A stretch of 64,000 nucleotides of DNA from Bdellovibrionota bacterium (GCA_041391405.1 JAWKOB010000007.1:845-64844), one strand, 5' to 3'. Positions 22,487-32,088 are shown, numbered from the stretch's first letter. Numbers and translations are program-made. The notes: generated by a model from the sequence alone, not told the origin.

Positions 22487-23322
22487 ACCTGACGTTGAAA
22501 GTATGGCGCCAGAAAGACGCCAAATCCAAGGGCGATTTCCAAGAAATCAAAGCTGAAGGCATCAGCGAGCACTCTTCCTTTTTGGAAATGTTGGACGTTG
22601 TGAATGAAAAACTCGAAACCAAAGGTGAAACACCGATTGCTTTTGATCATGATTGCCGAGAAGGTATTTGTGGTATGTGTTCCTTGATGATTAATGGTTG
22701 CGCGCACGGACCTGAAGGTGGCACCACCACATGCCAATTGCATATGCGTCACTTCAAAGACGGTGACACGATTGTGATTGAACCATGGAGAGCCAAAGCA
22801 TTTCCTGTGATCAAAGATCTTTGCGTGGATCGCGGCGCATTCGATCGTATTATTCAATCAGGTGGTTATGTGAGTGTGTCCACAGGTTCTGCTCCAGATG
22901 CCAACGCGATTTTGGTTCCAAAAGACAATGCCGATGCGGCATTCAACGCAGCAGCCTGCATTGGTTGCGGTGCTTGTGTTGCTCAATGCAAAAACGCCAG
23001 CGCGCATTTGTTTGTGTCAGCAAAGATCACTCATTTGAATTTACTTCCGCAAGGGCAACCTGAGGCAAAATCTCGTGTATTGAACATGCTTACCCAAGCT
23101 GACAAAGAAGGTTTCGGGGCATGCACAAACACTGGCGATTGCGAAGCGGTCTGTCCAAAAGAAATCAAAATGAACAACATTTCTTTCATGAACAGGGGCT
23201 TCATGAAAGCGATATTCTCAAATAACTTATCGCTGATTTTGATGGATGTAGTCCTGCATGTCTTGAGGAATGGGGGCTTCGAAATGTACTCTTTCGTTGG
23301 TGACCGGGTGTTGAATCGATAA
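22483..23322 (+). CDS. sdhB: Succinate dehydrogenase iron-sulfur subunit
   Basis: Cys clusters [33 protein letters not shown]. The 3' tail overlaps the convergent rluA-like gene, so the true stop may be near 23225 (AAATAA). Confidence 0.85.
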   Translation: MNLTLKVWRQKDAKSKGDFQEIKAEGISEHSSFLEMLDVVNEKLETKGETPIAFDHDCREGICGMCSLMINGCAHGPEGGTTTCQLHMRHFKDGDTIVIEPWRAKAFPVIKDLCVDRGAFDRIIQSGGYVSVSTGSAPDANAILVPKDNADAAFNAAACIGCGACVAQCKNASAHLFVSAKITHLNLLPQGQPEAKSRVLNMLTQADKEGFGACTNTGDCEAVCPKEIKMNNISFMNRGFMKAIFSNNLSLILMDVVLHVLRNGGFEMYSFVGDRVLNR

Positions 23323-24189
23323 TTTCCAGAATGCAACAGCTGACGTGGATGATCCCAATCACCTCCACCATCCATGGCGCCACGCTTTTCCAAATGCTTG
23401 AGATAATTCAAATACTCTTCGTCTTTGCGCCCATAAAGTTTGTCGCCGACGATTGGGTATCCCGCCGCCTCCAAATGAACGCGAATTTGATTGGTACGAC
23501 CCGAATGCAATTGTCCTTCAAGTAAACTGCATCCTTTGAGTTTTTGTTGAAGGATGAATTTCGTTGCGCTTGGTTTGTAATTTTCCCGTGGTTCCTGAAC
23601 CAATTCCCAACGCCGGTTGATCACACTGTTGTAACTAGGTCCCATCCAACCTTGAATCAGCTTTTCCTCGAAATCCACTTCGCCACGAACCACGGCCAGA
23701 TAACTTTTCTCTGCGTTCGAATCTTCGATACGCGCCATGAGCTTTCAGTGAGTTCACGATGCTTGGCAAGCACGATGATTCCGGTGGTTTCACGATCGAG
23801 ACGGTGTCCCAATCCCAAATCCTGATTGTTGGTTTTTTGCCGAAGCATATAAATCAGCGTGTGCAGAATAAAAACGCCTTGTGCATGAACAGGAAGCGGG
23901 GCAGGCTTGTTTACAACCAACAAATGTTCATCTTCAAAAATGGTTTGAATGTTTGTTGCTACTGGAGGTTCGCTACGTTCAGATGTGTAGCTAATTTGAT
24001 CTTTGAGTTTCAAGATTTGTGATGGCGTTGTTTTTGTCCATTGATTTCAACATGACCATCTTGAATGGATTCAATCCAAGATTCTTTTGTTTTGTAGGAA
24101 AAGCGCTTGCACAAGTAGTCCAAGAGAGTCATGCCATCTGGATTGTTGTGAATTTTACTGGTCAATGTGACCATTTGCCCGATCATAGG
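23227..24189 (-). CDS. RluA-family pseudouridine synthase with N-terminal S4-like segment, about 3 apparent frameshifts
   Basis: Pieces [25 protein letters not shown]..., [16 protein letters not shown]...[18 protein letters not shown] and [27 protein letters not shown]. The terminal [17 protein letters not shown] has its stop at 23227-23229. Confidence 0.75.
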
Positions 24190-24247
24190 GCTGTATCTAC
24201 CTGATTACAGGCTATTTCCGCAAGGCCCTTTTGGTGTATAAGAAGCC

Positions 24248-24883
24248 ATGAAGAAGCAAATCATCCATGCTGATGCCATTGAGTGGCTGAACACCAATGA
24301 ATTGAAGGATGTATCCATCATCACATCGCTTCCTGATATTTCAGAATTTCCTAAACTTACAATCACGGCATGGAAAAATTGGTTCATTGAAACAGCAAAA
24401 CTCGTGATGACAAAATGTTCGTCAGAAGGAATCACGATTTTTTATCAATCGGATATCAAGCGCGACGGTATTTGGATCGACAAAAGCTTCCTCCTTCAGC
24501 AAGCTGCCGAGCAAATTCACCAAACATTGATCATGCATAAAATTGTCTGTCGTGTACCTGCGGGAATCAATACACAAACCAAGGTCGGCTATTCTCACTT
24601 GCTTTGCTTTTCACAGGCACCAAATCCTACACTAATCAAAAGCTGCACTGATGTTCTTCCTGAAGCGGGCGAAACGACTTGGGAGCGCGGTATGGGCATC
24701 AATGTTTGTAAACTTGCCTGTGAAATGGTGAAGAATCATACTGTGACTCGAACCATACTCGATCCATTTTGTGGACATGGTGGAGTGCTGGAAGTTGCAA
24801 ATCAACTCGGCTTGAATGCGATCGGAATCGATCACAAACTTAAAAACACTTTGATTGCCCAAAATTTTTCCGTTCAATTTTAA
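24248..24883 (+). CDS. Small beta-class methyltransferase-like protein (motif IV degenerate: SLPD)
   Basis: HADAIEWLNTNELKDVSIITSLPD resembles the (D/N/S)PP(Y/F) region. The C-terminal ILDPFCGHGGVLEVANQLGLNAIGID resembles the FxGxG SAM-binding motif. 211 aa, with no obvious target-recognition domain. Confidence 0.55.
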   Translation: MKKQIIHADAIEWLNTNELKDVSIITSLPDISEFPKLTITAWKNWFIETAKLVMTKCSSEGITIFYQSDIKRDGIWIDKSFLLQQAAEQIHQTLIMHKIVCRVPAGINTQTKVGYSHLLCFSQAPNPTLIKSCTDVLPEAGETTWERGMGINVCKLACEMVKNHTVTRTILDPFCGHGGVLEVANQLGLNAIGIDHKLKNTLIAQNFSVQF

Positions 24884-24977
24884 ATCAATTTGACTCTTTA
24901 ATTTACCTTCAAAATTGTTTCCCTGCTCATTTAGGCCATGGTACAGCTAAAATGTTCAATTTTACTGGAGGGACACT

Positions 24978-25397
24978 ATGCTAAAAGAGTTTAAAGAATT
25001 CGCACTCAAAGGAAACATGCTGGACATGGCCATTGGTATCATTCTTGGTGCTGCATTTGGTGGTTTGGTCAAATCATTGGTAGATGACATTTTCAACCCT
25101 GTGATCGGTCTACTTACGGGTGGAACTGATTTCAGCAACAAATTTTTGGTGATCAAAGATGTTGCTGGTGGCGCAGGCGATTATGCAACTCTTGCAGCCG
25201 CCAAAGCCGCAGGTGCGGTTGCAGTTTCCTATGGTGTTTTCGTCAACACCTTCATCAATTTCTTGATTGTTGCTTTTGTTCTGTTCCTTCTTGTCAAAGC
25301 CGTGAACAAAATGAAGAAAAAAGAGGCAGCGGCTCCTGCAGCTCCGTCTGCTCAAGAAGTTTTGCTCACTGAAATTCGTGATTTGTTGAAGAAATAA
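24978..25397 (+). CDS. mscL: Large-conductance mechanosensitive channel
   Basis: [46 protein letters not shown] is a canonical MscL N-terminus. Confidence 0.95.
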   Translation: MLKEFKEFALKGNMLDMAIGIILGAAFGGLVKSLVDDIFNPVIGLLTGGTDFSNKFLVIKDVAGGAGDYATLAAAKAAGAVAVSYGVFVNTFINFLIVAFVLFLLVKAVNKMKKKEAAAPAAPSAQEVLLTEIRDLLKK

Positions 25398-25414
25398 TCC
25401 GATCAGATCGTTTT

Positions 25415-25449
25415 TAAAAAGCCTCGCTCTTAAGGCGAGGCTTTTTTTA
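25415..25449. terminator. Bidirectional rho-independent terminator shared by mscL and dnaJ
   Basis: AAAAAGCCTCGC-tcttaag-GCGAGGCTTTTTTT. The stem is 8 bp, with an A-run upstream and a T-run downstream. Confidence 0.8.
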
Positions 25450-26523
25450 TTTCTTTTTAATGTTTTCTCCAGACTCAGCCGCAAACTGGCGAAGCAATTC
25501 TTCTTGTTTTTTGCTCAGTCGTTTTGGAATCAAAACTTTGACTTCAAAGAAAATGTGTCCTCTTTTTTTGGTACGAAGATTGGGAATTCCTTTTCCTTTG
25601 AGCGTGACGATATCCCCACTTTGTGTTCCCTTTTCAATTTCGACTTCTTCTTTTCCTTCGAGTGTTGGAACTGAAATTTTGCAGCCGAGGGACGCTTGAA
25701 CCATGCCGATTTCGATCTTTCCAAAAAGATTTTCTTCTTCTCTTTGAAATGTCGAATGAGATTGCACACGTAGTTGAATATAAATATCTCCCGCAGGGCC
25801 GCCTTTGTAACCTGCGTTTCCTTGGCTTGGAACACGCATGTTCATGCCATCATCCACGCCTCCAGGGATGCTGACTTCTACTTTTTTCTTTTCTGCAATC
25901 CTTCCATGCCCTTTGCAGTCTTTGCACGGATTCTTCACGACTCGACCAGCTCCTCGGCATTCTGGGCAGGTGGTCGCAATGGATAAAAAACCTCGACTTT
26001 GTTGAACTTGTCCATAGCCTTGACAAGTTGGGCAGGTGGTCGGCATTTCGCCTTTTTGGGCTCCACTTCCTTGGCATGTATCGCACTCAGCTTCTCGTGA
26101 AATTTCGATTTCTTTTTCACATCCAAATGCTGCTTCTTCAAATGTGATTCTCAAACCGACTTGCATGTCGGCACCCTTGCGAGGAGCATCCGGATTTCTT
26201 CGGCTTCCACCTCCGAATCCGAAAAATGAATCGAAGATATCCCCGAAGTTGGAGAAAATGTCCTGCATGTTCGAGTAGCCGTGATGCATGCCACGACGAT
26301 CAAGTCCTTCATGACCATATTGATCGTAGATGGAGCGTTTTTCACCATCCATCAAAACTTCATAGGCTTCTGCGCATTCTTTGAATTTTTCTTCCGCTTC
26401 TTGATTTCCAGGATTCAGATCGGGATGATATTTTTTGGCCAAGTCGCGATATGATTTTTTAATTTCGACTTCAGTCGATGTGCGTGTGACGCTCAGAATT
26501 TCATAATAATCGCGTTTGCTCAT
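25447..26523 (-). CDS. dnaJ: Molecular chaperone DnaJ (no adjacent dnaK)
   Basis: J-domain DYYEILSV...[10 protein letters not shown]. Four CxxCxGxG repeats ([32 protein letters not shown]). Confidence 0.95.
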   Translation of the reverse strand: MSKRDYYEILSVTRTSTEVEIKKSYRDLAKKYHPDLNPGNQEAEEKFKECAEAYEVLMDGEKRSIYDQYGHEGLDRRGMHHGYSNMQDIFSNFGDIFDSFFGFGGGSRRNPDAPRKGADMQVGLRITFEEAAFGCEKEIEISREAECDTCQGSGAQKGEMPTTCPTCQGYGQVQQSRGFLSIATTCPECRGAGRVVKNPCKDCKGHGRIAEKKKVEVSIPGGVDDGMNMRVPSQGNAGYKGGPAGDIYIQLRVQSHSTFQREEENLFGKIEIGMVQASLGCKISVPTLEGKEEVEIEKGTQSGDIVTLKGKGIPNLRTKKRGHIFFEVKVLIPKRLSKKQEELLRQFAAESGENIKKK

Positions 26524-26569
26524 GGAAATTGCCTTTGAACTACATGTCCTAGAATATAGGAACGAGCTT

Positions 26570-26608
26570 CAAAAAGAAAAGGCCACGGAACATGAAATTC
26601 CATGGCCT
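26570..26608 (-). terminator. Rho-independent terminator of atpI-atpB-atpE
   Basis: Minus-strand RNA AGGCCAUGGAAUUUCAUGUUCCGUGGCC followed by UUUUCUUUUUG. A second GC hairpin (GCGAGGC-GAAG-GCCUCGC, 26621-26638) precedes it. Confidence 0.7.
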
Positions 26609-26661
26609 CTGTCATCTTTCGCGAGGCCTTCGCCTCGCATTAATCTAACAAAGTCAGTGGG

Positions 26662-27027
26662 TTATATTTTACCAACCAACATGATCGAAATAACGAAGGT
26701 CAAAAGAACCAACGACTCGATCAACGCCAAACCGATGATCATCGGGGTTTGAACAGCTGATTTAGCACCTGGGTTACGAGCGATACCTTCAAGGGCAGCA
26801 GCAACGGCTCTACCTTGACCCATAGCACCACCAAGGGATGCGATCGCCATACCAAGACCAGCAGCAAGTGCGATCAACATTTTTACTTTGTCACCCAAAC
26901 CTGTAGCTGCTTCAGCGGTTGCAGCTGCAGCTTCGTGTCCTTCTTGGGCCGATGCAAAAGAAGCCACAAGCGCAACAACTACAAAGCTCAAGGCAACATT
27001 TAGATTTTTACGGTTCAACATTTTCAT
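26662..27027 (-). CDS. atpE: F0 ATP synthase subunit c with a signal-peptide-like N-terminal extension of about 45 aa
   Basis: The core is [63 protein letters not shown]. The extension is [43 protein letters not shown]. Confidence 0.85.
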   Translation of the reverse strand: MKMLNRKNLNVALSFVVVALVASFASAQEGHEAAAATAEAATGLGDKVKMLIALAAGLGMAIASLGGAMGQGRAVAAALEGIARNPGAKSAVQTPMIIGLALIESLVLLTFVISIMLVGKI

Positions 27028-27085
27028 TCTCCTTTATTAATTAACTTATGCAAAGCACGGCTTTGCAAAACTTTTTAAAATTCTT

Positions 27086-27835
27086 CTAGTGTTCGTGCGC
27101 TGTGGCCATGGAAATATAAACCATGGTCAACATCGTAAATACGAATGCTTGAATGAAGCATACGAACAATCCCAACACCATAAATGGCAATGGTACCAAG
27201 TATGGAATCAAGCTGCTGAAAATCCCCAGCACGGTGTGGTCCGCTGAAATGTTTACCATCAAGCGGATGGTAAGCGTGATCGGGCGGAGGATCGTACTGA
27301 TCGATTCAACACTGATAAACAAAACTTGGAACAACAAAAGCGGAACATAGAGTGCCAAAAGGGCGATTGGGTTTTTGATTCCTTCGATTTTCACCGGAGC
27401 CACGAAATGTTTCAAATAACCGATGCCGTGTTCCTTGAATCCATAATAGTTAAACGTGATGAATGAAATCAATGCGAGTGCTGCACCACTTTGCCAAACT
27501 TCAGTTGGTGGCAAGAATCCAGGAATCATTCCGATTAGGTTGGAGGTCAAAAGAAAGATGAAAAGTGTTCCGACATAAGGGAGGTATTTTCTTCCACCAT
27601 GACCAATAACGTCATCGCAGGTGTTGGCCAAAAATTCGAAAAGAATTTCGCCGATGTTGGATAAGGACATTTTTTTGGAAGGCACCACATTTTTGGCTGC
27701 ATTTTTGATGCGTGGGTAGATTACAAATCCAACCAAAATCAAAAGAATGGTTACAAAAATGGAGGTCACCAAGAAAAGATTTTCGTGGGTTACACCGGGA
27801 ATGTAGTGCTGAAAAAATGTAAATGGATGTTTCAT
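27086..27835 (-). CDS. atpB: F0 ATP synthase subunit a
   Basis: Multi-TM protein with the conserved Arg region ILRPITLTIRLMVNISADH. Confidence 0.9.
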   Translation of the reverse strand: MKHPFTFFQHYIPGVTHENLFLVTSIFVTILLILVGFVIYPRIKNAAKNVVPSKKMSLSNIGEILFEFLANTCDDVIGHGGRKYLPYVGTLFIFLLTSNLIGMIPGFLPPTEVWQSGAALALISFITFNYYGFKEHGIGYLKHFVAPVKIEGIKNPIALLALYVPLLLFQVLFISVESISTILRPITLTIRLMVNISADHTVLGIFSSLIPYLVPLPFMVLGLFVCFIQAFVFTMLTMVYISMATAHEH

Positions 27836-27852
27836 CTATATATCTGGTTCGA

Positions 27853-28260
27853 TTACTGTTTTTGCATGCCTGATGTAGCGTATGTTGCAGAAATTGCAAC
27901 AATAAAAAAGCCTATTCCAAAGGCCAAAAGATCCAGATTCAGAAAACGATAAAGGCCGTAAATTGCTGCTGCCAGAATCAGGAATTTTCCTGTCAAAAGG
28001 GCGGTAAAAGCGGCAACTTTTCCCGTTCCCCCCTCCATGATTCCTTCCAAAAGATGGAATAGGCTATAAAAGTTCAGAAGCATCACCAGGCAACCTATGG
28101 AAAATGATCCAACCCATCTTCCTGGAAGGAAAAATAGCAAAATCAGGCTAAAAATCGCCGTTATCATCAAAAGTTTTTTGAAAAACTGGCGGTGATTGAG
28201 CGAATTCATGCGCAGTTCATACACGTCTTGACAAAAAGTGTCAAAACTGGAACTATTCAC
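27853..28260 (-). CDS. atpI: ATP synthase protein I (AtpI-like small membrane protein)
   Basis: Small hydrophobic ORF directly upstream of atpB with 3-4 TM segments. The assignment rests on position and topology. Confidence 0.6.
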   Translation of the reverse strand: MNSSSFDTFCQDVYELRMNSLNHRQFFKKLLMITAIFSLILLFFLPGRWVGSFSIGCLVMLLNFYSLFHLLEGIMEGGTGKVAAFTALLTGKFLILAAAIYGLYRFLNLDLLAFGIGFFIVAISATYATSGMQKQ

Positions 28261-28263
28261 GCC

Positions 28264-28971
28264 ATGATTCGCTTTCTTTTGATCGCTTTACTGATTGGAT
28301 TTTCGACAAATACGTTCGCAAATTCAGATACTTATTATGACACTTACCCCGTGGGATACATCGCGGAAAACCCATTGTATGATTTGATGAACCAAAATCG
28401 CGATAAACTTCGCCAGTGCCACCAAACCTATCTTGAAAAAATTCCGGGTGCCTTTGATTCCCTCGCTTTGGAATTTCAAGTTGATCCACAAGGCTATGCC
28501 AAACCTTTGAAATCTGAAGTCGCATCCTCACCGAAAGATGAAGCGCTGAATTGTCTAAAGACCTTGATTCGCTCGCTCAAATTTCCAGCACCTGTCTACG
28601 GTATTGTCTTTGTAAAATTTGAATCCGATATCGATCTTCAAAATATGGGGACCATTTCAACCCAGGAACTTTCCCGCAATTCCGTGACCTTGGTTCCGTA
28701 TGTTCCTCAAAAAATGATCGCTTCGGTTGTGGAAATGTACATGCCGTATTATCGCGGATGTTTCGGCAAACCTTTCGTTGAGAAAAAAGAAAATGGAAAA
28801 ATCACCGTAAAATGGAATGTGTCCGAAGATGGAAGACCAGTCGATATTCAGATTACTTCCTCGATCGACAATCCGAAAATGACCCAATGCTTAACTCAGG
28901 TCACCGAGCAACACCGTTATCCATCCGGCTATGTCAAAACCGCCGTCGAACGCTCGTTTTCAATCAAGTAA
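28264..28971 (+). CDS. Secreted protein with two AgmX/PglI (TonB-C-like) C-terminal-type domains
   Basis: Signal peptide MIRFLLIALLIGFSTNTFA. Two repeats have Cys pairs: LRQCHQTYLE...ALNCLKTLIRSLKFPAP, and YYRGCFGKP...GKITVKWNVSEDGRPVDIQI...MTQCLTQV...RYP. Confidence 0.55.
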   Translation: MIRFLLIALLIGFSTNTFANSDTYYDTYPVGYIAENPLYDLMNQNRDKLRQCHQTYLEKIPGAFDSLALEFQVDPQGYAKPLKSEVASSPKDEALNCLKTLIRSLKFPAPVYGIVFVKFESDIDLQNMGTISTQELSRNSVTLVPYVPQKMIASVVEMYMPYYRGCFGKPFVEKKENGKITVKWNVSEDGRPVDIQITSSIDNPKMTQCLTQVTEQHRYPSGYVKTAVERSFSIK

Positions 28972-28978
28972 TCAAAAA

Positions 28979-29554
28979 TTACTTCATCAATTCTTGAGCT
29001 TCTTGTTTGCTGATTTGATTTCTACGATTGTATAGGTCAATCCAAGCATTGTATTCCTCTTGTGTGAAATTGTTGTCATTGAATTGAGTTTCACCCATCG
29101 CAGCTACGGACCCTAACTGATAAAGCTTTTTGAATTGAACCACGCTTGTCTTTTGAATTTCATTGTTCAAATTTTCGTATGATGCAATCAATGTTTGAAT
29201 TTGATCTGGTCGTAAGGTTGTTTCCAAAGTGGTCTGATTGGCTTTGAATTTTACCAATGTTTGTCCTGTTCCGCTTTTGGCCATGTTGATCGACCACATG
29301 AACACTCCAGCAATGATCATGATAAAAATCGTCGAGAGTACGCCTTGCAGTTTATGAAATCCGCTGACTGGATGTTTGAATAGATAGACCATGCTACCAA
29401 TCCAGCCTGTGAAAAAGATAAACGCTGCCCAAACGAATTTCTGAGCACCTGTAAATTGATCATTCCCCGCCGCCTTAACAATAGAGTAGATCGGAAAAAT
29501 ACAGAATGTGAGCAAACCTAAAAACCCAAATGTTAGACCAATGATGATTGACAT
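28979..29554 (-). CDS. Membrane protein (PLD-nuclease N-terminal-like TM pair plus soluble C-terminal domain)
   Basis: TM segments IIIGLTFGFLGLLTFCIFPI, FVWAAFIFFTGWIGSMVYLF and LSTIFIMIIAGVFMW. Confidence 0.5.
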   Translation of the reverse strand: MSIIIGLTFGFLGLLTFCIFPIYSIVKAAGNDQFTGAQKFVWAAFIFFTGWIGSMVYLFKHPVSGFHKLQGVLSTIFIMIIAGVFMWSINMAKSGTGQTLVKFKANQTTLETTLRPDQIQTLIASYENLNNEIQKTSVVQFKKLYQLGSVAAMGETQFNDNNFTQEEYNAWIDLYNRRNQISKQEAQELMK

Positions 29555-29597
29555 GTTTATCTCCTATTGAAATAATATAATTATTTCAGTTATTTAC

Positions 29598-29623
29598 AAT
29601 CAATACAAAAATAAGTATTGATT
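29598..29623. promoter_or_regulatory. Perfect 9 bp inverted repeat (candidate operator) in the AT-rich leader of the RHH-NfeD-SPFH operon
   Basis: AATCAATAC (29598-29606), 8 nt spacer, GTATTGATT (29615-29623). The centre is about 46 nt upstream of the RHH start codon. Confidence 0.45.
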
Positions 29624-29656
29624 TATATATATGAGTATATATAATTATAAAAATAT

Positions 29657-29983
29657 ATGCAAGAACGCGGATTAAAAAGAATTAGCCTGATGATTGGGGA
29701 AGACCAATACGAGGCTTTGTCCAAAAAGGGCGTCAATGTCAGTTGGCTCGTTCGAGACATGATCGATCAGTATCTGAACGAAAAGAAGATTGTTTTGGAC
29801 GTCAGCGATGAAACCCTTAAAATATACCAAAAGGTTTCTGGCCTCACAGGCGGTAAGAACGAAGGATTTGAAACCTATTTCAAGCAGGCCCTTCATGAAT
29901 TTTTGAAGTCGAAAATTGATGAAATGCAACAACTTGAAAAGAACGTTTCCAACAAACTTGAACTGATCAAGGGGAAGAAATAA
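29657..29983 (+). CDS. Ribbon-helix-helix (CopG/Arc-like) small DNA-binding protein
   Basis: N-terminal KRISLMIGEDQYEALSKKGVNVSWLVRDMIDQYL fits the beta-strand/helix/helix pattern. Its stop overlaps the nfeD start (TAATG at 29981-29985). Confidence 0.55.
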   Translation: MQERGLKRISLMIGEDQYEALSKKGVNVSWLVRDMIDQYLNEKKIVLDVSDETLKIYQKVSGLTGGKNEGFETYFKQALHEFLKSKIDEMQQLEKNVSNKLELIKGKK

Positions 29984-30411
29984 TGGATCCTTCAATCATC
30001 TGGGTGGCGCTTGGATTGGTCCTTCTGATTCTGGAAATGACCACAGGCACCTTTACTCTCATTTTTATTTCAATTGGTTGCTTTGCGGCAGGTCTGCTTT
30101 CCATCATTTCCAATATGAATTTCAATTACACAGCGCAAATCATCACATGTTCTGTGATCAGCGTTCTGGGTGTTCTTTTGCTTCGCAAACCGCTCCAAGA
30201 AAGAATGCTTCGATCCATTTCCATCAAATCCGATATCGGAAAAGAAATTGTGATTGATCACAATCTTCACCCGCACAGCACCGCACGGGTAACATACCAA
30301 GGTTCTACGTGGCAAGCGATCAATCTTGATCCTGAAGAAATCAAGAAGGGTGATCGTGTGTGTATCGTGGGAATGGACGGCAACACGTTACTCATTCGCA
30401 AAGTTTTTTAG
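29983..30411 (+). CDS. NfeD-family membrane protein
   Basis: Three N-terminal TM segments plus a C-terminal OB-like segment (RVTYQGSTWQAINLDPEEIKKGDRVCIVGMDGNTLLI). Canonical pairing with the downstream SPFH gene. Confidence 0.8.
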   Translation: MDPSIIWVALGLVLLILEMTTGTFTLIFISIGCFAAGLLSIISNMNFNYTAQIITCSVISVLGVLLLRKPLQERMLRSISIKSDIGKEIVIDHNLHPHSTARVTYQGSTWQAINLDPEEIKKGDRVCIVGMDGNTLLIRKVF

Positions 30412-30434
30412 TTTTAATAATAAGGAGAAATAAC

Positions 30435-31363
30435 ATGGGTCTATTTACAATTGTACTTCTGGTCTTTGCAGTCGTGTTTGTTCTGATGACGGTGAAAATC
30501 GTACCGCAACAACATGCTTACATCGTCGAACGTCTTGGAAAATTCAGTAAAATTTTCGAGGCGGGTTTGCACTTCATGATTCCATTCATCGATCGCATTG
30601 CCTATCGCACATCTCTTAAGGAAGTGGTTCTGGACGTTCCTCCGCAAGTTTGTATCACACGCGACAACGTGCAGGTTGAAATCGATGGGGTGATTTTTTA
30701 TCGTGTTACCGATCCAAAAAATGCTTCGTACGGAGTAAACAATTTTGAATACGCCATCATTCAATTGGCCCAAACCACACTTCGTTCTGAAATTGGTAAG
30801 ATCGATTTGGACAAAGCTTTTGAAGAACGTGAAAAAATCAACAGTGCCGTGATCATGGCGATCGATGCCGCTACCCAACCTTGGGGTGTGAAGGTGCTTC
30901 GATACGAGATCAAATCCATCGATCCACCAGCCGCTGTGCTTGAATCCATGGAAAAACAGATGAAAGCCGAACGTGAAAAACGCGCCAAGATTCTGGAATC
31001 CGAGGGTAATCGCGACTCCCTGATCAACAACGCTGAAGGGCGCAAACAGGACATGATTAAACAGTCCGAAGCGGATCAACAACGCCAGATCAACCAGGCG
31101 CAAGGTCAGGCATCGGCCATCACAGCCGTGGCAGAAGCTACAGCCAATGGTATCAAAATGGTCGCAACGCACTTTCACAGCAAGGTGGTCACGAAGCAGC
31201 TACATTCAAAGTGGCTGAAGAGTACGTAAAACAACTCGGCAATATGGCCGCCAACTCTGAAATTTTGATCGTGCCGAACAATGTTTCCGACCCAAGCTCC
31301 ATGATTGCCACTGCGATGGGTGTATTTGAAAAGGTTAAAGGTACATCCAAAGCCATTAAATAA
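30435..31363 (+). CDS. SPFH/band-7 (stomatin/QmcA-like) protein, frameshift near 31165
   Basis: MGLFTIVLLVFAVVFVLMTVKIVPQQHAYIVERLGKF...ITRDNVQVEIDGVIFYRV...LRSEIGKIDLD. The C-terminus QQGGHEAATFKVAEEYVKQLG...KGTSKAIK is in another frame. Confidence 0.85.
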
Positions 31364-31367
31364 TTGA

Positions 31368-31877
31368 ATGACTTTTTGGGAACGATATAAACTTGCTTGG
31401 AATAGAAGAGTTCCATTTTATCGAATCATTGGCCCGCTTTTGTTGGTATTCGGTTTGGTAAGACTTTATCCTCTTGCAAACTTATGGATAGGTTCACATG
31501 AGGCCATAGGTAGAGTGGTTGATGTTATTGCTACGACCGGCACTTGCGACGCCGGCAGACGAACCTATTACGAATGCACCAAGTTCAACGCTAAGGTGGC
31601 TTACAGTGTCGATCCGAGCAAAAAATATGTTATCGATGCAAAAGCTGGGGATACAAAGGGATACAATCAACCCATTGAATTGGCCAATTTGAAAAAGGGA
31701 GATGTTGTTCGAGTCCTGCACAACCAAAAATTAATGCAGGCCTTTCCAGCCAAAGAATTGTACGGTCATATACGTTTCTTTTTGATACCGTTTTTCTTTG
31801 GAATCTTTTTCACCATCGCAGGTTATTGGAAATATTTAAAAAGAACGTCTCCGGTAAACTTAACGAGTGTTACGTGA
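31368..31877 (+). CDS. DUF3592-like two-TM membrane protein
   Basis: An N-terminal TM segment, a beta-rich middle (GRVVDVIATTGTCDAGRRTYYECTKFNAKVAYSV) and a C-terminal TM segment. It starts 5 nt after the SPFH stop. Confidence 0.45.
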   Translation: MTFWERYKLAWNRRVPFYRIIGPLLLVFGLVRLYPLANLWIGSHEAIGRVVDVIATTGTCDAGRRTYYECTKFNAKVAYSVDPSKKYVIDAKAGDTKGYNQPIELANLKKGDVVRVLHNQKLMQAFPAKELYGHIRFFLIPFFFGIFFTIAGYWKYLKRTSPVNLTSVT

Positions 31878-31991
31878 CCATAAAGATGGATTTTATCTTA
31901 GTCTTGCTATGATTATACTGTGTTCTGTTGGAATTTATTTCGGATATTTCAAAAAAGATTAAATACTGCCAAATTTAAACAACCAGAAGAT

Positions 31992-32081
31992 TTTTGATTC
32001 AGCCAAGGCCACAGCAACCGAAGTGTACGTCGAGGCCGCAGGCCGGTACATGAGGTTGCGAGAACGCAGGATGAATCAAAA
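31992..32081. repeat. Imperfect long inverted repeat / GC-rich nested hairpin of about 90 nt
   Basis: Outer arms TTTTGATTCA (31992-32001) and TGAATCAAAA (32072-32081). Inner stems GCAACC/GGTTGC (32014-19 / 32054-59), TGTAC/GTACA (32024-28 / 32046-50), GGCC-gca-GGCC (32034-44). Confidence 0.6.
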
Positions 32082-32088
32082 GATTCGG

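Noticed and set aside
23227-23322. 96 nt convergent overlap of sdhB and the rluA-like gene
   Set aside because: The sdhB tail after [10 protein letters not shown] has no SdhB-like sequence. A single indel would give a stop at AAATAA (about 23220-23225), so this is probably an artefact of the same indel problem.
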